A DNA stretch of 63,184 nucleotides, counting the filler. It is 5 parts of 5 records of this genome, joined end to end, with 100 filler letters (N's around TTAATTAATTAA, not from the genome) between each part and the next. Parts side by side here need not be neighbours in the genome. Positions count along the whole stretch, not along the records: positions 1 to 13,778 come from DRR723986_14229; positions 13,879 to 30,989 come from DRR723986_14232; 3 more parts are not named here. One strand, 5' to 3'. The position numbers and the translations under genes were made by a program. A model generated the notes under the pieces. The model searched no databases. It was not told the origin of the DNA and saw nothing but the letters and a program-made list of their open reading frames with translations. This document shows, piece by piece, positions 9,101 to 16,394 of this stretch. How positions within the stretch are numbered: position 1 is the stretch's first letter; each line of letters opens with the position of its first letter.

Positions 9101-10505
9101 GCGGATTTTTGCTGTCCGAATTAACTTCATCGCTTTTAGCGGCAGCCAGTTTTTTGGCGACAGGCTCGGAGGCATTTTGACCGTTCTTGGCTTCAGGCTG
9201 TGCGTTTACAGATGCAGATGCCTTAGTGTCAGCGCTTTGGCTGTTCGGAGCATTGGCTGAATTGGCGGCTTGTGAATTGACGCTGGATTGTGACGCGGCC
9301 GACTGTTGAATCGACTGTTGAACCGACTGTTGAACCGTTTGTTCGGATACCTTCTGCTTCGTCGGCTGCGCGGTGGACTCGGAGTCTGCCGCTGCAGATT
9401 GTTGAGCCGACTGTTGTAATTGGGACTTGGCTTGTGCTTCCTGGTCTTTTGGCGCGCCCTTCAGCGATTGAACTTGCGGCTCGCCGTCGGAATCACTTGC
9501 GGGCTGGGAACTCGAAGCACCAGCGGCGGCATTCGAGTTCAGATTCGCAGAGACTTCAGACTTGCCGGGAACCTGTGATCCAGCGGCGGCAGCCGAAGGC
9601 GCAGTAACCAGACCTGCAGCCGTGGATTTGACAGCCGCAGTGGATTTGACAGCCGCCATGGATTTGACAGCCGCAGCGGCTTCGGAGATTGCGGCAGACT
9701 TAACATCGGATGCGGCGGGCTCAGACTGTGCGGGAGCCTGCCCGATGTTCTGAACATTCGTGGCTTTTTCCAAGGTTGCCAACGCCTCTTCCAGCGCGGC
9801 AGGTGTCAGTTTTTGATTGCCCAGCTGCTGCAGAATGGCGGCCTGTTCATGCGCCGAATTCAGACCAAATAGTTCCAGCACGATACGTGGCAGAATCTCT
9901 TTCAGCTCGGCACTTTGGCTTTCATCCAGCCCGCTGAATTGCTGCGTCTGCTGTTGCGCAGCGGCTCTCTGTGTGGCTTGTGTCTCAGCGGAATTTACGC
10001 CCGGGGCATTGGAATTCCCAGACGCAGTATCGGCGGTTCCAGATAGTTTTTCGGCTGCAAGAGGTGTAGACTTCCGGCTGTGAGCCCTTAGGGCTGTGAG
10101 CCGTGAATCTACGGGTCTGCCGCCTTGAGCAGCCTCGTCGGCTTGCTCGCCGGCCAGAGTTTTCCTGTTAGTCACCGAGTCCACAGCAGATGAGCCACCC
10201 GCTGTTGAACCAACAGAGCGCCCCACAGCCGCCGGACTGGAGTCACCTGAGCCGGGATTCACAAAATTTGGAGTAGTCGAGTCGGAGCCGGAAGTCGCAG
10301 CAGTCGTGGTGCCCGATGGTGTCGTTTTGAGCGCCGCCGGCTGATCGGAACCGGAAGCCAGGCGCGTACGCGCACGCTGCAATAATGCCGTAAACGCACT
10401 ATTGCCACTGCCATCGGTCGATGGAGCGGCGGAGCGTTTAGGCGTCGAATTCGGTGAAAACGACGCGAGCAGAGATTCTATGACAGAATCTGGAAGCATC
10501 GGCAT
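3198..10505 (-). CDS. fliK: Flagellar hook-length control protein FliK, giant (~2,430 aa)
   Basis: C-terminal Flg_hook/T3S4 domain (MTLNPESLGSVMVELTVSKGVAQIKI...LLEKQAVVLKDKLVQSGVTVDSIEI); A/Q/S/P-rich low-complexity body; directly upstream of flgD; start ATG 10505 or 10499. Confidence 0.9.
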   Translation of the reverse strand: MPMLPDSVIESLLASFSPNSTPKRSAAPSTDGSGNSAFTALLQRARTRLASGSDQPAALKTTPSGTTTAATSGSDSTTPNFVNPGSGDSSPAAVGRSVGSTAGGSSAVDSVTNRKTLAGEQADEAAQGGRPVDSRLTALRAHSRKSTPLAAEKLSGTADTASGNSNAPGVNSAETQATQRAAAQQQTQQFSGLDESQSAELKEILPRIVLELFGLNSAHEQAAILQQLGNQKLTPAALEEALATLEKATNVQNIGQAPAQSEPAASDVKSAAISEAAAAVKSMAAVKSTAAVKSTAAGLVTAPSAAAAGSQVPGKSEVSANLNSNAAAGASSSQPASDSDGEPQVQSLKGAPKDQEAQAKSQLQQSAQQSAAADSESTAQPTKQKVSEQTVQQSVQQSIQQSAASQSSVNSQAANSANAPNSQSADTKASASVNAQPEAKNGQNASEPVAKKLAAAKSDEVNSDSKNPRSAEAARQIAAAPGNSRSEVLEPLPGTQRATAQPAAQSDKSAQEPAVVNNSKSETGAVADGKKQTPAVEAAPANNRSASKSTSQAGETTLLRLDFADGKVRIDAAPAKILANNSRSVAAENTPSVQAPAGPLSSGQDSQALQSVNARAAADGRATLLPREAEIVLDAPIREQGQTLIPQTLRISLDELPAEANPAASAKAAKNASAGQAAARLSSLMQVLGELGGSVQSLRIIGGESLSPANAAAGPGLTAGSSISAQLGDMQPPSVSAETLEQLRTLSSRRSAPQELAAAKTGTPLAEQKIAPSATANVPAPPATAETAGQLAGKLVDSGNSPGSKAAQNGAAFIENSTASVKTAAIQADANHMASAKNGTSDPAQVQTQSVADAKTPVKQDVQQSGQQNGLQKAQHDVQQNGRTAQSPQSASMDAPLNKSTQASAADTKVMDAAHKQANSNPNSAPLKGRSATPEQTVQLNSGGLNTAPAAQSQTDVNSQPQVEGRLKAESPASERSAANQNILFGSAAQAGSLRDSQQLQSPGAAQSTDLNKVQNPNGAAAGQKSLGQNPPIAAQTEKSPAAEQKVNAASKDAPQQITQEPKSAARPQAPAEQSAALKSDAPALKQNLAAAGRVIDSESRGAAAKTAVSEAQVSAPRQSADADPAAAKLADKTAGARADKELSQAPLHQKNSGAAAQPRSAQAGQAAGSATGQVSGAPTATVAGQNVNAAAPNGQPNDAASQPKTVAPSTSQVADAKALGSQAVKSADRSAEQTPAQPKQPSVLPQKPENVKPQAAAPAAPAGRAEGQTARVTQAQNVPPGAVNNSGSQAAPNSTIESGVLKSNSVKNGAASQVAAPQFSGAQQAAKADGQNGAPVSRQSAGTSDSAAPLKSATAKAEAATQNRAGRQSVNSQAGVGETAQTKAESRAGQVPAQPAPGANVNAKTQATQAAAGKQLNQPFIDNANAARSSAGSATERSASAAKNGNNVVNKPVVNTQAQTEATPLQQNPSAHTAKAGKSDNVVAAATGKQTAVQNGKAQAAKLAGSAPKAQADVAPGNSVAKQPSAAVAEKAALKQTAQPAATGLKYAAATPEVTQPGAARQREVLQPTNARAQAVNLKSADAAKNVNTAAKTEQSGAAPVKSAANTQAGSAVNGNASGTAANKSRQVLTPNSAASTHSAKAEGQVPTVGTQPARANQVNPETSGKTAGPDVKTEAAAPKVVQKVTNTREPQQSNAVRQTVGALAGGSGTAGQAAGSETAGQTTGSQTSGQGIEVLGRNSAGLKQSLETGVATANTVANRAADTAAKPTEGSQFNNTATQSAAAAKPASVNGAAAASKNADQSNVGGAAKLVSESVKTQNDTSKAQPGKIQSRGVQSEAQNGLSAPADKSAVKAAGQNVKSAATQASSASVRNNSAAEGVALNVQELQPQRTPATVAASSKNASQAGHSPAGQAATQAQTLTAAKPDPTAVAAQPKASETPEPMAKAAAPAENPASKETARDTIQPVLKDLPKDAPRAARQSAALNIASSSFEHAPKTMLDPLRTAEVLRRAAAQLRRPAIGVGSAVKAVPAPRAAVEPISPQLNLQQSLALNSAAKALTGSGTGAEAQTNGSANSQATNVGNSGSNGFGAEVLSIFARTAAEELRPAQEQRPERQAETRPAQQQNVAPRAAEEAAARELRPRAFSTERSSSEPAVPRMSEQSSLGGEDGRSSDKQKHGQQNGKNDGEQSARQEMKSAARAAELDAGMHASNNGAAAQRFDEVLREQSRSRHGVMPQNVAPTRVAGEAGRAEQSGRAPAGREHVVKTLRQVAVHRWADTTFGALRTLPAGRGAAIAMTLNPESLGSVMVELTVSKGVAQIKIHTERAETRRLLEKQAVVLKDKLVQSGVTVDSIEINVRDSELREESRDETAEDKRRSQSEREAQHERQEFIDSFRYLREDLDLDVMDAGVQTPQPEPAMATLDSASDGFERYA
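9301..9336. repeat. 3 x 12-bp tandem repeat inside fliK (VQQS/IQQS)
   Basis: gactgttgaatc gactgttgaacc gactgttgaacc. Confidence 0.8.
9622..9675. repeat. 3 x 18-bp tandem repeat inside fliK (AAVKST/M)
   Basis: gtggatttgacagccgca gtggatttgacagccgcc atggatttgacagccgca. Confidence 0.85.
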
Positions 10506-10664
10506 CCTTGCTTGCTTCAAAGGCGCATCCTGCGCATTGTTTAGTGCCGGACTGGAACTGCGCGGACGTCCTGTCTGCATCATCCAGTTCAGCGGTGTCA
10601 GATGTCTCCAGCGCAACACTGGAAAACGCGGCTCTGACGGCCGGAATAGATCTTAACTCTAAGT

Positions 10665-10691
10665 GTATCGGTCAAATGAGCGAATACTTTA
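10665..10691 (-). promoter_or_regulatory. Sigma28 promoter upstream of fliK
   Basis: Minus strand TAAAGTAT-N11-ACCGATAC versus TAAAGTTT-N11-GCCGATAA. Confidence 0.7.
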
Positions 10692-10737
10692 GACTTGACC
10701 GGACAGCAAAATTTGCCGTGGCAGTCAAACCTGAGAA

Positions 10738-11301
10738 TTACCCTTCCACGAGCGCCTGGCCGATCGTCATTATACCGGCGGCACGCACGGGGTCCATCGC
10801 CTCCAGGACTTTTGCGGCATTTTTGGTCTTCATCTTCCTGATGATCGCCGCCGCGTCGCGCACATCCAGATTTCGCAGGATTTGTGCGACTTCGCCCGGA
10901 TTGGCCTGATCGTAAATTTTAGCAAACATCGCGAAGTTAGCTTCGGCAAGCGAGTCGCGTCGCCCCGCGCGCTGACGTGTGCCGGCTTTGACATCATCGG
11001 CCAAACGGACCGAATCTGTGCGTAATTTTTCAACCTTTTCGGCTTTGAGCGCCAGCGAGTCACGCAGTGTGCTGACAATCCCCTGAAGCGAAGTCGCAGT
11101 CGAATCCAGCGCGCGAATCTGCACCTGCTCGGGTGTCATGAGTGAGTCCACCGCCGTGCTGTCAGTCAAAACAATTTCAGGTGGTTTGGGCATCCCCAGG
11201 TTTTCGGGCGCGGTTTTGTAGACAAACAGGAGCACGGCGGTGATGGTCGAACCACCGAGCATAATTGCAAGCGCAATAAAAATGGCCTGTTTGGCACTCA
11301 T
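10738..11301 (-). CDS. MotE/YlxF/FlbB-like flagellar protein (N-terminal TM, coiled coil, MgtE-N-like C-terminus)
   Basis: AKIYDQANPGEVAQIL..LD...AAAIIRKMKTKNAAKVLEAMDPVRAA; lies between fliJ and fliK. Confidence 0.8.
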   Translation of the reverse strand: MSAKQAIFIALAIMLGGSTITAVLLFVYKTAPENLGMPKPPEIVLTDSTAVDSLMTPEQVQIRALDSTATSLQGIVSTLRDSLALKAEKVEKLRTDSVRLADDVKAGTRQRAGRRDSLAEANFAMFAKIYDQANPGEVAQILRNLDVRDAAAIIRKMKTKNAAKVLEAMDPVRAAGIMTIGQALVEG

Positions 11302-11304
11302 TGA

Positions 11305-11757
11305 TCAGGTTTCCCGCCGGCCGCGCAGGTTGGCGGCTGCCGTCCTGCCGGCGATATCATCCATGTTCTCTTGTTCGCTGCGTCGCTCTTGATCGCTGTG
11401 TTCTTCAAAACGGCGTTCGCGCAGGCGCTCCAGGGAGCGGCGCTTCTGCATGGCATCGCGCAGATCATCACGGCGTTGCAATTCAATTTCACGCAACTTG
11501 CCACATTGGTCTTCGATCTCGCGGATCTCAGCATCAATGCAGCGCGCGTGATACCAGTGCGCTTCCAGTTCCGACACTGATGTTCCGCCTTTGCCCGTGC
11601 CCTGAAGTTCAGCGCGGTAGCGGCGGCGTTCGGCCAGCTCAGATTCCTTGCTCTGTAGATTTGCCATCGCCTGCCCCAGCGCGGCCTGTGCATCCTGGGT
11701 TTCACGCGAGCGCACATCGAGCACACTCTCTAATCTGAAACGAAACTGTCGAGCCAT
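11305..11757 (-). CDS. fliJ: Flagellar export protein FliJ
   Basis: MARQFRFRLESVLDVR...LERLRERR...EQENMDD; GGAGGAG RBS; downstream of fliI. Confidence 0.9.
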   Translation of the reverse strand: MARQFRFRLESVLDVRSRETQDAQAALGQAMANLQSKESELAERRRYRAELQGTGKGGTSVSELEAHWYHARCIDAEIREIEDQCGKLREIELQRRDDLRDAMQKRRSLERLRERRFEEHSDQERRSEQENMDDIAGRTAAANLRGRRET

Positions 11758-12032
11758 GCAGCTCCTCCGTTTTGCGAGCAACCCCTGCAGCTGCCATTTT
11801 GGTCCAAAGACCAACCGGGCAGCGCGGAACGCGACGCTTGTCCAGATACTATCGGCGTTTAGTCACGCCACTAAAGGACTTTTTACACCTAAATTTTTTG
11901 TCTGCCCGGCCACAATGCCGAACATCATCCCCTGACTGTCAGCTGCGCGCTACGCTCAAGTGCACTCACAGACGCATTTGCCGGAAGCTGCGCACTCAGT
12001 GACTAACAAGAAGGCCTTTTAAAAAATCATGC

Positions 12033-13445
12033 TTACGATGTGGGCGCCTGCCCTGCCTGTCCCGGCTGCTGTTGTTGCTGTTGCCCCGGTTGTTGCTGCT
12101 GCTGTGCCATTTGTTGAGATTGGCCGCCACCTACCAGCGCATACATTTTAGCCAGGCTATCGCGCAGGGGCGCCGCTTCGTGCACGTCCTGCGTCAAAAA
12201 ATCATTAATCGGATCGCGCATGAGAATTGACTGGTCGATCCGCGGATTACTGCCGGCCTTATACGCCCCTACCGACACCAGATCCTCATTTTCGCTGTAC
12301 GTGGCCATCCACTCCTGCAGACGGTGCGCTACCTGCATGTGCTCACGCGGCACGATATCGGGCATAACACGGCTGACACTTTCGAGCACATCCACGGCCG
12401 GATAGTGGCCCTTGGACGCCAGCGAACGACTTAATATAATATGTCCGTCGAGAATTCCACGCGCTGCATCGGCAATCGGCTCATTCATATCGTCACCTTC
12501 CACCAGCACTGTGTAGAATCCGGTAATAGTCCCGACCTCGGACGTGCCCGCGCGCTCCATCAATTTGGGCAGCATCGCAAAAACCGAGGGCGTGTAACCT
12601 TTGGTAGTCGGCGGCTCACCCACGGCCAGGCCAACTTCGCGCTGTGACATGGCAAAACGCGTTACGGAATCAACCATCAGCATGACGTCGAGGCGTTTAT
12701 CGCGGAAATACTCGGCAATAGTTGTAGCCAGCAGCGCCGATTTAATGCGTGCCAGTGCCGGCTGATCACTGGTGGCAACCACAATCACCGAACGCGCAAT
12801 GCCTTCCGGCCCCAGGTCCTTCTCAATAAAATCACGCAGCTCGCGGCCACGCTCCCCCACCAGACAGATCACGTTTACGTCGGCCGAGGAGTTGCGCGCC
12901 ATCATGCCCATCGTGGTAGATTTCCCCACACCTGAGCCCGAAAATATGCCAATTCGCTGGCCTTTGCCGACTGTCAACATTGAGTCAATCGCACGAATCC
13001 CGGTCGCAATCGGTTGTGAAATACGTTTGCGCAAAAACGGATTGGGCGGCGAGGCGTAAATACTACGCCGCTCGCTAACGGTCAGCTCGCCACGTCCATC
13101 AATCGGATTGCCCAGTCCATCCAGGATGCGCCCCAGAATCGCATCACTCAGTCCAACTTCCAGGCTACGGCCGGTGGCAACAATTTCGGTTCCTGGCGCA
13201 ATATCATGCATTTCCCCGAGCACCATTGAGAGTATGCGTTCTTCGCGAAAGCCGACAACTTCGGCGCGGCAGATTTCACGTCCACGGCGGTCCAGCAGGC
13301 GGCAGACTTCACCGATCGCCGCCATCGGGCCTTCACTTTCGATTACCAGCCCCACCACCTGGATCACCCGTCCGGAGACACGCAGGCGGTTTCCGGCATT
13401 AAACACACCATCAAATTTCGAGAGTCTGTCGCTGTTTTCACTCAT
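12033..13445 (-). CDS. fliI: Flagellar export ATPase FliI
   Basis: Walker A GIFSGSGVGKST, GERGRE, DSVTRFAM, EPPTTKGYTPS; alternative start at 13484. Confidence 0.95.
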   Translation of the reverse strand: MSENSDRLSKFDGVFNAGNRLRVSGRVIQVVGLVIESEGPMAAIGEVCRLLDRRGREICRAEVVGFREERILSMVLGEMHDIAPGTEIVATGRSLEVGLSDAILGRILDGLGNPIDGRGELTVSERRSIYASPPNPFLRKRISQPIATGIRAIDSMLTVGKGQRIGIFSGSGVGKSTTMGMMARNSSADVNVICLVGERGRELRDFIEKDLGPEGIARSVIVVATSDQPALARIKSALLATTIAEYFRDKRLDVMLMVDSVTRFAMSQREVGLAVGEPPTTKGYTPSVFAMLPKLMERAGTSEVGTITGFYTVLVEGDDMNEPIADAARGILDGHIILSRSLASKGHYPAVDVLESVSRVMPDIVPREHMQVAHRLQEWMATYSENEDLVSVGAYKAGSNPRIDQSILMRDPINDFLTQDVHEAAPLRDSLAKMYALVGGGQSQQMAQQQQQPGQQQQQQPGQAGQAPTS

Positions 13446-13457
13446 AGGCTTAAGATA

Positions 13458-13473
13458 AGCAAAAGTCGTGCCG
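13458..13473 (-). promoter_or_regulatory. Sigma54 -24/-12 promoter upstream of fliI
   Basis: Minus strand CGGCACGACTTTTGCT: GG-N10-GC, near-perfect match to TGGCACG-N4-TTGC(A/T). Confidence 0.75.
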
Positions 13474-13778
13474 TAGCGTGCCATGTCCTTCAGTTCACGT
13501 ATTCTGGTGTTTGAGCGGGCCTCGCCTTGCGGTCCCTTTCAGAGCGCTGCGCCCCTTCTCACTCCGTTCGGTGGCTGGCTGTGTGTTTTTGTTAGTCGCC
13601 GAGACCAAAAACCCAGGTCGGCGAGACCGCCGCAATCCGTTCAGCCTCAAATCTGGAGTCCTGCCGCTCAGCCACCAGCCGCTGACCTGCCGGACTGCAG
13701 GATTTCTGTCTCAAAGACTGAAGCGCCTCGGGTCTCAGAGACCCGTGGATTTCACGCTCACAGCACTTAGGGCTGTGA

Positions 13779-13878
13779 NNNNNNNNNNNNNNNNNNNNNN
13801 NNNNNNNNNNNNNNNNNNNNNNTTAATTAATTAANNNNNNNNNNNNNNNNNNNNNNNNNNNNNNNNNNNNNNNNNNNN
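13779..13878. other. Artificial contig linker
   Basis: N44-TTAATTAATTAA-N44 (stops in all six frames). Confidence 0.98.
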
Positions 13879-13999
13879 GAAGCATGGCTGACCTGGGTGC
13901 TCGAGCGCATACAGGACCAGAAAACCAGCCGCATCTACGACCTCATGCCCAGGAACTTCACCGCAAAATAAATCAAACGCGGCCAGACCGGGCGCATAT
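13879..13999 (+). mobile_element. IS66-family element, right-end remnant (TnpC C-terminus plus degenerate terminal inverted repeat)
   Basis: 13879-13971 reads EAWLTWVLERIQDQKTSRIYDLMPRNFTAK*, matching the IS66 C-terminal AWL..VL.RI......I.DL.PW motif; GGCCAGACCGGGCGCATAT resembles the ...GGACGCTTAC IS66 end. Confidence 0.75.
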
Positions 14000-14080
14000 C
14001 CTTCAAAGGCCGCGAACCAACCTCAAGCCAGCGCATTCGCGCTCGCGAAAAAGTTGATCAGACGTTCCCCAAAATGACGG

Positions 14081-16393
14081 TTAAGCCCGCTGAATTACTG
14101 GCGGGAGATAGGCTTTACTCTGTCCAAAGCTGACCGTCGGCTTTTCGATGCTGACAAGGCAACTATGTGCAGCGGGGCCTTGTGCCAAATCTGACGTTCC
14201 TTGATCGCGGGTCAAGGTGTTAGGGTTACCGTTCTGGCAAATAAGCGTGCCATCTTCCTGCCGCGTAGCATCCAGCCAGGCGCCGGTGCTGATGGCTATG
14301 CACCCTTGCATCAACGACGGATCGAGCCGCGCTGAAACCAGACAGGCTCCGCGTTCATTATAGACGCGCAGCAGAACACCGTCGCACACGCCCATCGTTT
14401 TGGCGTCCACCGGATTGAGACCTGCGACCGCCCGTCCATTCACCTTTGTTGCCTGGCTTGCAGGCCCATGGTCCAGCTGAGAGTGCAGCTTGTCTGCCGG
14501 TTGTCCCGAAATCAGATGAAACCGGTGTTTCCCCGTCGCATTCCCCAGCCATTCTTCCGGCGCATACCAGGCGGGATGCGGCAAGATATTGTCCTGACTT
14601 GAACCCGCGATTTGTGCGCAGCAAATCTCGATCCGTCCGGACTGCGTCTCCAGCCGTGCAACTTGGGGATCCTTGCGAAACGCCTCCAGAGCACCACTGC
14701 CTGGCGTACCCGGGTCAATGTAGTGCCAGCCCTTTTCAGTGAATGTCGCATAGTCCGGCAAGGTCACACCGCAACTGTCTGCCTTTTGCCTGCTCTCCTC
14801 ATAGAGCCATCGCAGCCAGTTGTCAGAACTTCGCCCTTCCGTGAATGACGTATTAACACCAAGTTGGCGGCTAATTCCGTTAAAAATTTCGTAGTCGTCA
14901 CGCGCCTCGGCATGCGGCGGGACGACCGCCTCCATGGCGACGACATAAGGATCGCGCGGCGTCATCATAAGATCGCGTCGTTCAAGCTGTGTGGTGCAAG
15001 GCAGGACGATATCCGACCGTTTGGCCAGGGCATTCCAGCACCATTCATGGGCAATGATCGTGTCAGGCTTTTGCCACGCGCGTTCCAGTTTGGTCAGATC
15101 CTGATGATGGTGAAATGGATTGCCTCCTGCCCAATAGACAAGTTTGATATCCGGATAGGTGAGCGTCTGACCGTTGAACCGAAATGTGCTGCCGGGCTTC
15201 AGCAGCATGTCGCTGATCCGGGCAACAGGTATGAAGCTTTTGACCGGATTGTCCCCTTGAGGGAACGACGCAAATTTTACCGGCTGGCGCTCCAACCCGA
15301 CGGAATTTGCAGCGCAATATCCAAAGGCAATGCCTGCACCTGGTAATCCGATTTGTCCCAACATGGCAGCCAGGGTCGTCGCCATCCAGAACGGCTGTTC
15401 TCCATGCTCTTGTCGGGTCAAAGACCAGCTTACCGAAATTAGCGTGCGCGACTTTGCCATTCGCGATGCCAAGTCCCTGATCGTTCGAGCTGGAACATTC
15501 GCGATATCAGCCGCCCATGCTACGGATTTGACGATCCCGTCCGCCTGTCCGGTCACATATCGGGCAAAGGTGTCAAACCCGGTTGTATAGCGGTCGAGGA
15601 AGGTCCGGTCATGCCAGCTGTTCGACAACAGCTCATGGGCGATCGCCAGCATCAACGCGACATCACTGCCCGGTCGTGCGGCTATCCATTCAGCGTTCAG
15701 GTCTGCAGCTACGTCACTGCGCATTGGCGAGATATTGACGAAGGACATGCCGTTCTTTTTGGCATCCAAAAGCGCGGATCGCGCCCTATGTGCCCCGGTT
15801 CCGCCAGAGCTGATCTGGCTGTTGCGCAAAGGCATTCCCCCGAAGGCCACAAGCAATTCGCCGCTGTCGACCACCGATTGCCAGCTTGGCGGGTTATGGA
15901 TAAACTTCGCCGGATCACCCAGAATGTGAGACAGGATCACTTCGCCTGCTGCCAGAGAGTAGGTGTTAACCGACTTGGTGTAACCGCCGATGCAATTCAG
16001 AAACCTGTGGAGTTGGCTTTGCGCGTGGTGGAACCGGCCCGCGCCCGACCAACCGTAGGAGCCGCCATAGATGGCTTCATTCCCGTAGGCCCCCTTGATC
16101 CGGCTCAGTTCATTGGCGACCAGTGTCTCCGCTTCGTCCCATGTAACCTGTACAAAAGGCTCGACGCCGCGCTTGTCGGTCGCGCTGCCAGGACCGCTTT
16201 CCAACCAGCTTTTACGCACCATTGGCGCGTCGATCCGCAAGTCATCATCCAAAACACCGATATAGCCGTTGGCAATCCGGGACGGGTTCGGATCCCGCTC
16301 GAACGGATGCAGGGCGCGAAGTTTGCCTTCGTTGACCTCGGCCCGATAGACACCCCAATGCGCCGCCGCCAGCGGCAGGTTATCGACAGACAT
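14081..16393 (-). CDS. Cytoplasmic molybdopterin S/N-oxide reductase (BisC/TorZ/DMSO-reductase family)
   Basis: HWG, SYGWSGAGRFHHAQ, TYSLAAG (Ser ligand), GGNPFHHHQD, LHSQLD; no Tat signal. Confidence 0.9.
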   Translation of the reverse strand: MSVDNLPLAAAHWGVYRAEVNEGKLRALHPFERDPNPSRIANGYIGVLDDDLRIDAPMVRKSWLESGPGSATDKRGVEPFVQVTWDEAETLVANELSRIKGAYGNEAIYGGSYGWSGAGRFHHAQSQLHRFLNCIGGYTKSVNTYSLAAGEVILSHILGDPAKFIHNPPSWQSVVDSGELLVAFGGMPLRNSQISSGGTGAHRARSALLDAKKNGMSFVNISPMRSDVAADLNAEWIAARPGSDVALMLAIAHELLSNSWHDRTFLDRYTTGFDTFARYVTGQADGIVKSVAWAADIANVPARTIRDLASRMAKSRTLISVSWSLTRQEHGEQPFWMATTLAAMLGQIGLPGAGIAFGYCAANSVGLERQPVKFASFPQGDNPVKSFIPVARISDMLLKPGSTFRFNGQTLTYPDIKLVYWAGGNPFHHHQDLTKLERAWQKPDTIIAHEWCWNALAKRSDIVLPCTTQLERRDLMMTPRDPYVVAMEAVVPPHAEARDDYEIFNGISRQLGVNTSFTEGRSSDNWLRWLYEESRQKADSCGVTLPDYATFTEKGWHYIDPGTPGSGALEAFRKDPQVARLETQSGRIEICCAQIAGSSQDNILPHPAWYAPEEWLGNATGKHRFHLISGQPADKLHSQLDHGPASQATKVNGRAVAGLNPVDAKTMGVCDGVLLRVYNERGACLVSARLDPSLMQGCIAISTGAWLDATRQEDGTLICQNGNPNTLTRDQGTSDLAQGPAAHSCLVSIEKPTVSFGQSKAYLPPVIQRA

Positions 16394-16394
16394 C

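Noticed and set aside
3267-10083. Many plus-strand ORFs overlapping fliK
   Set aside because: Antisense shadows of an Ala-rich, GC-rich gene with no recognisable motifs.
10506-10619. N-terminal extension of FliK from the TTG at 10619
   Set aside because: No RBS; the region reads better as a GGA-hairpin leader.
11849-11875. Sigma28 promoter upstream of fliJ
   Set aside because: The -10 box GCCGATAG is good but the -35 reads TTTA instead of TAAA; too weak to call.
13823-13834. TTAATTAATTAA repeated four times in the window
   Set aside because: Synthetic linker inside N runs, not a biological repeat.
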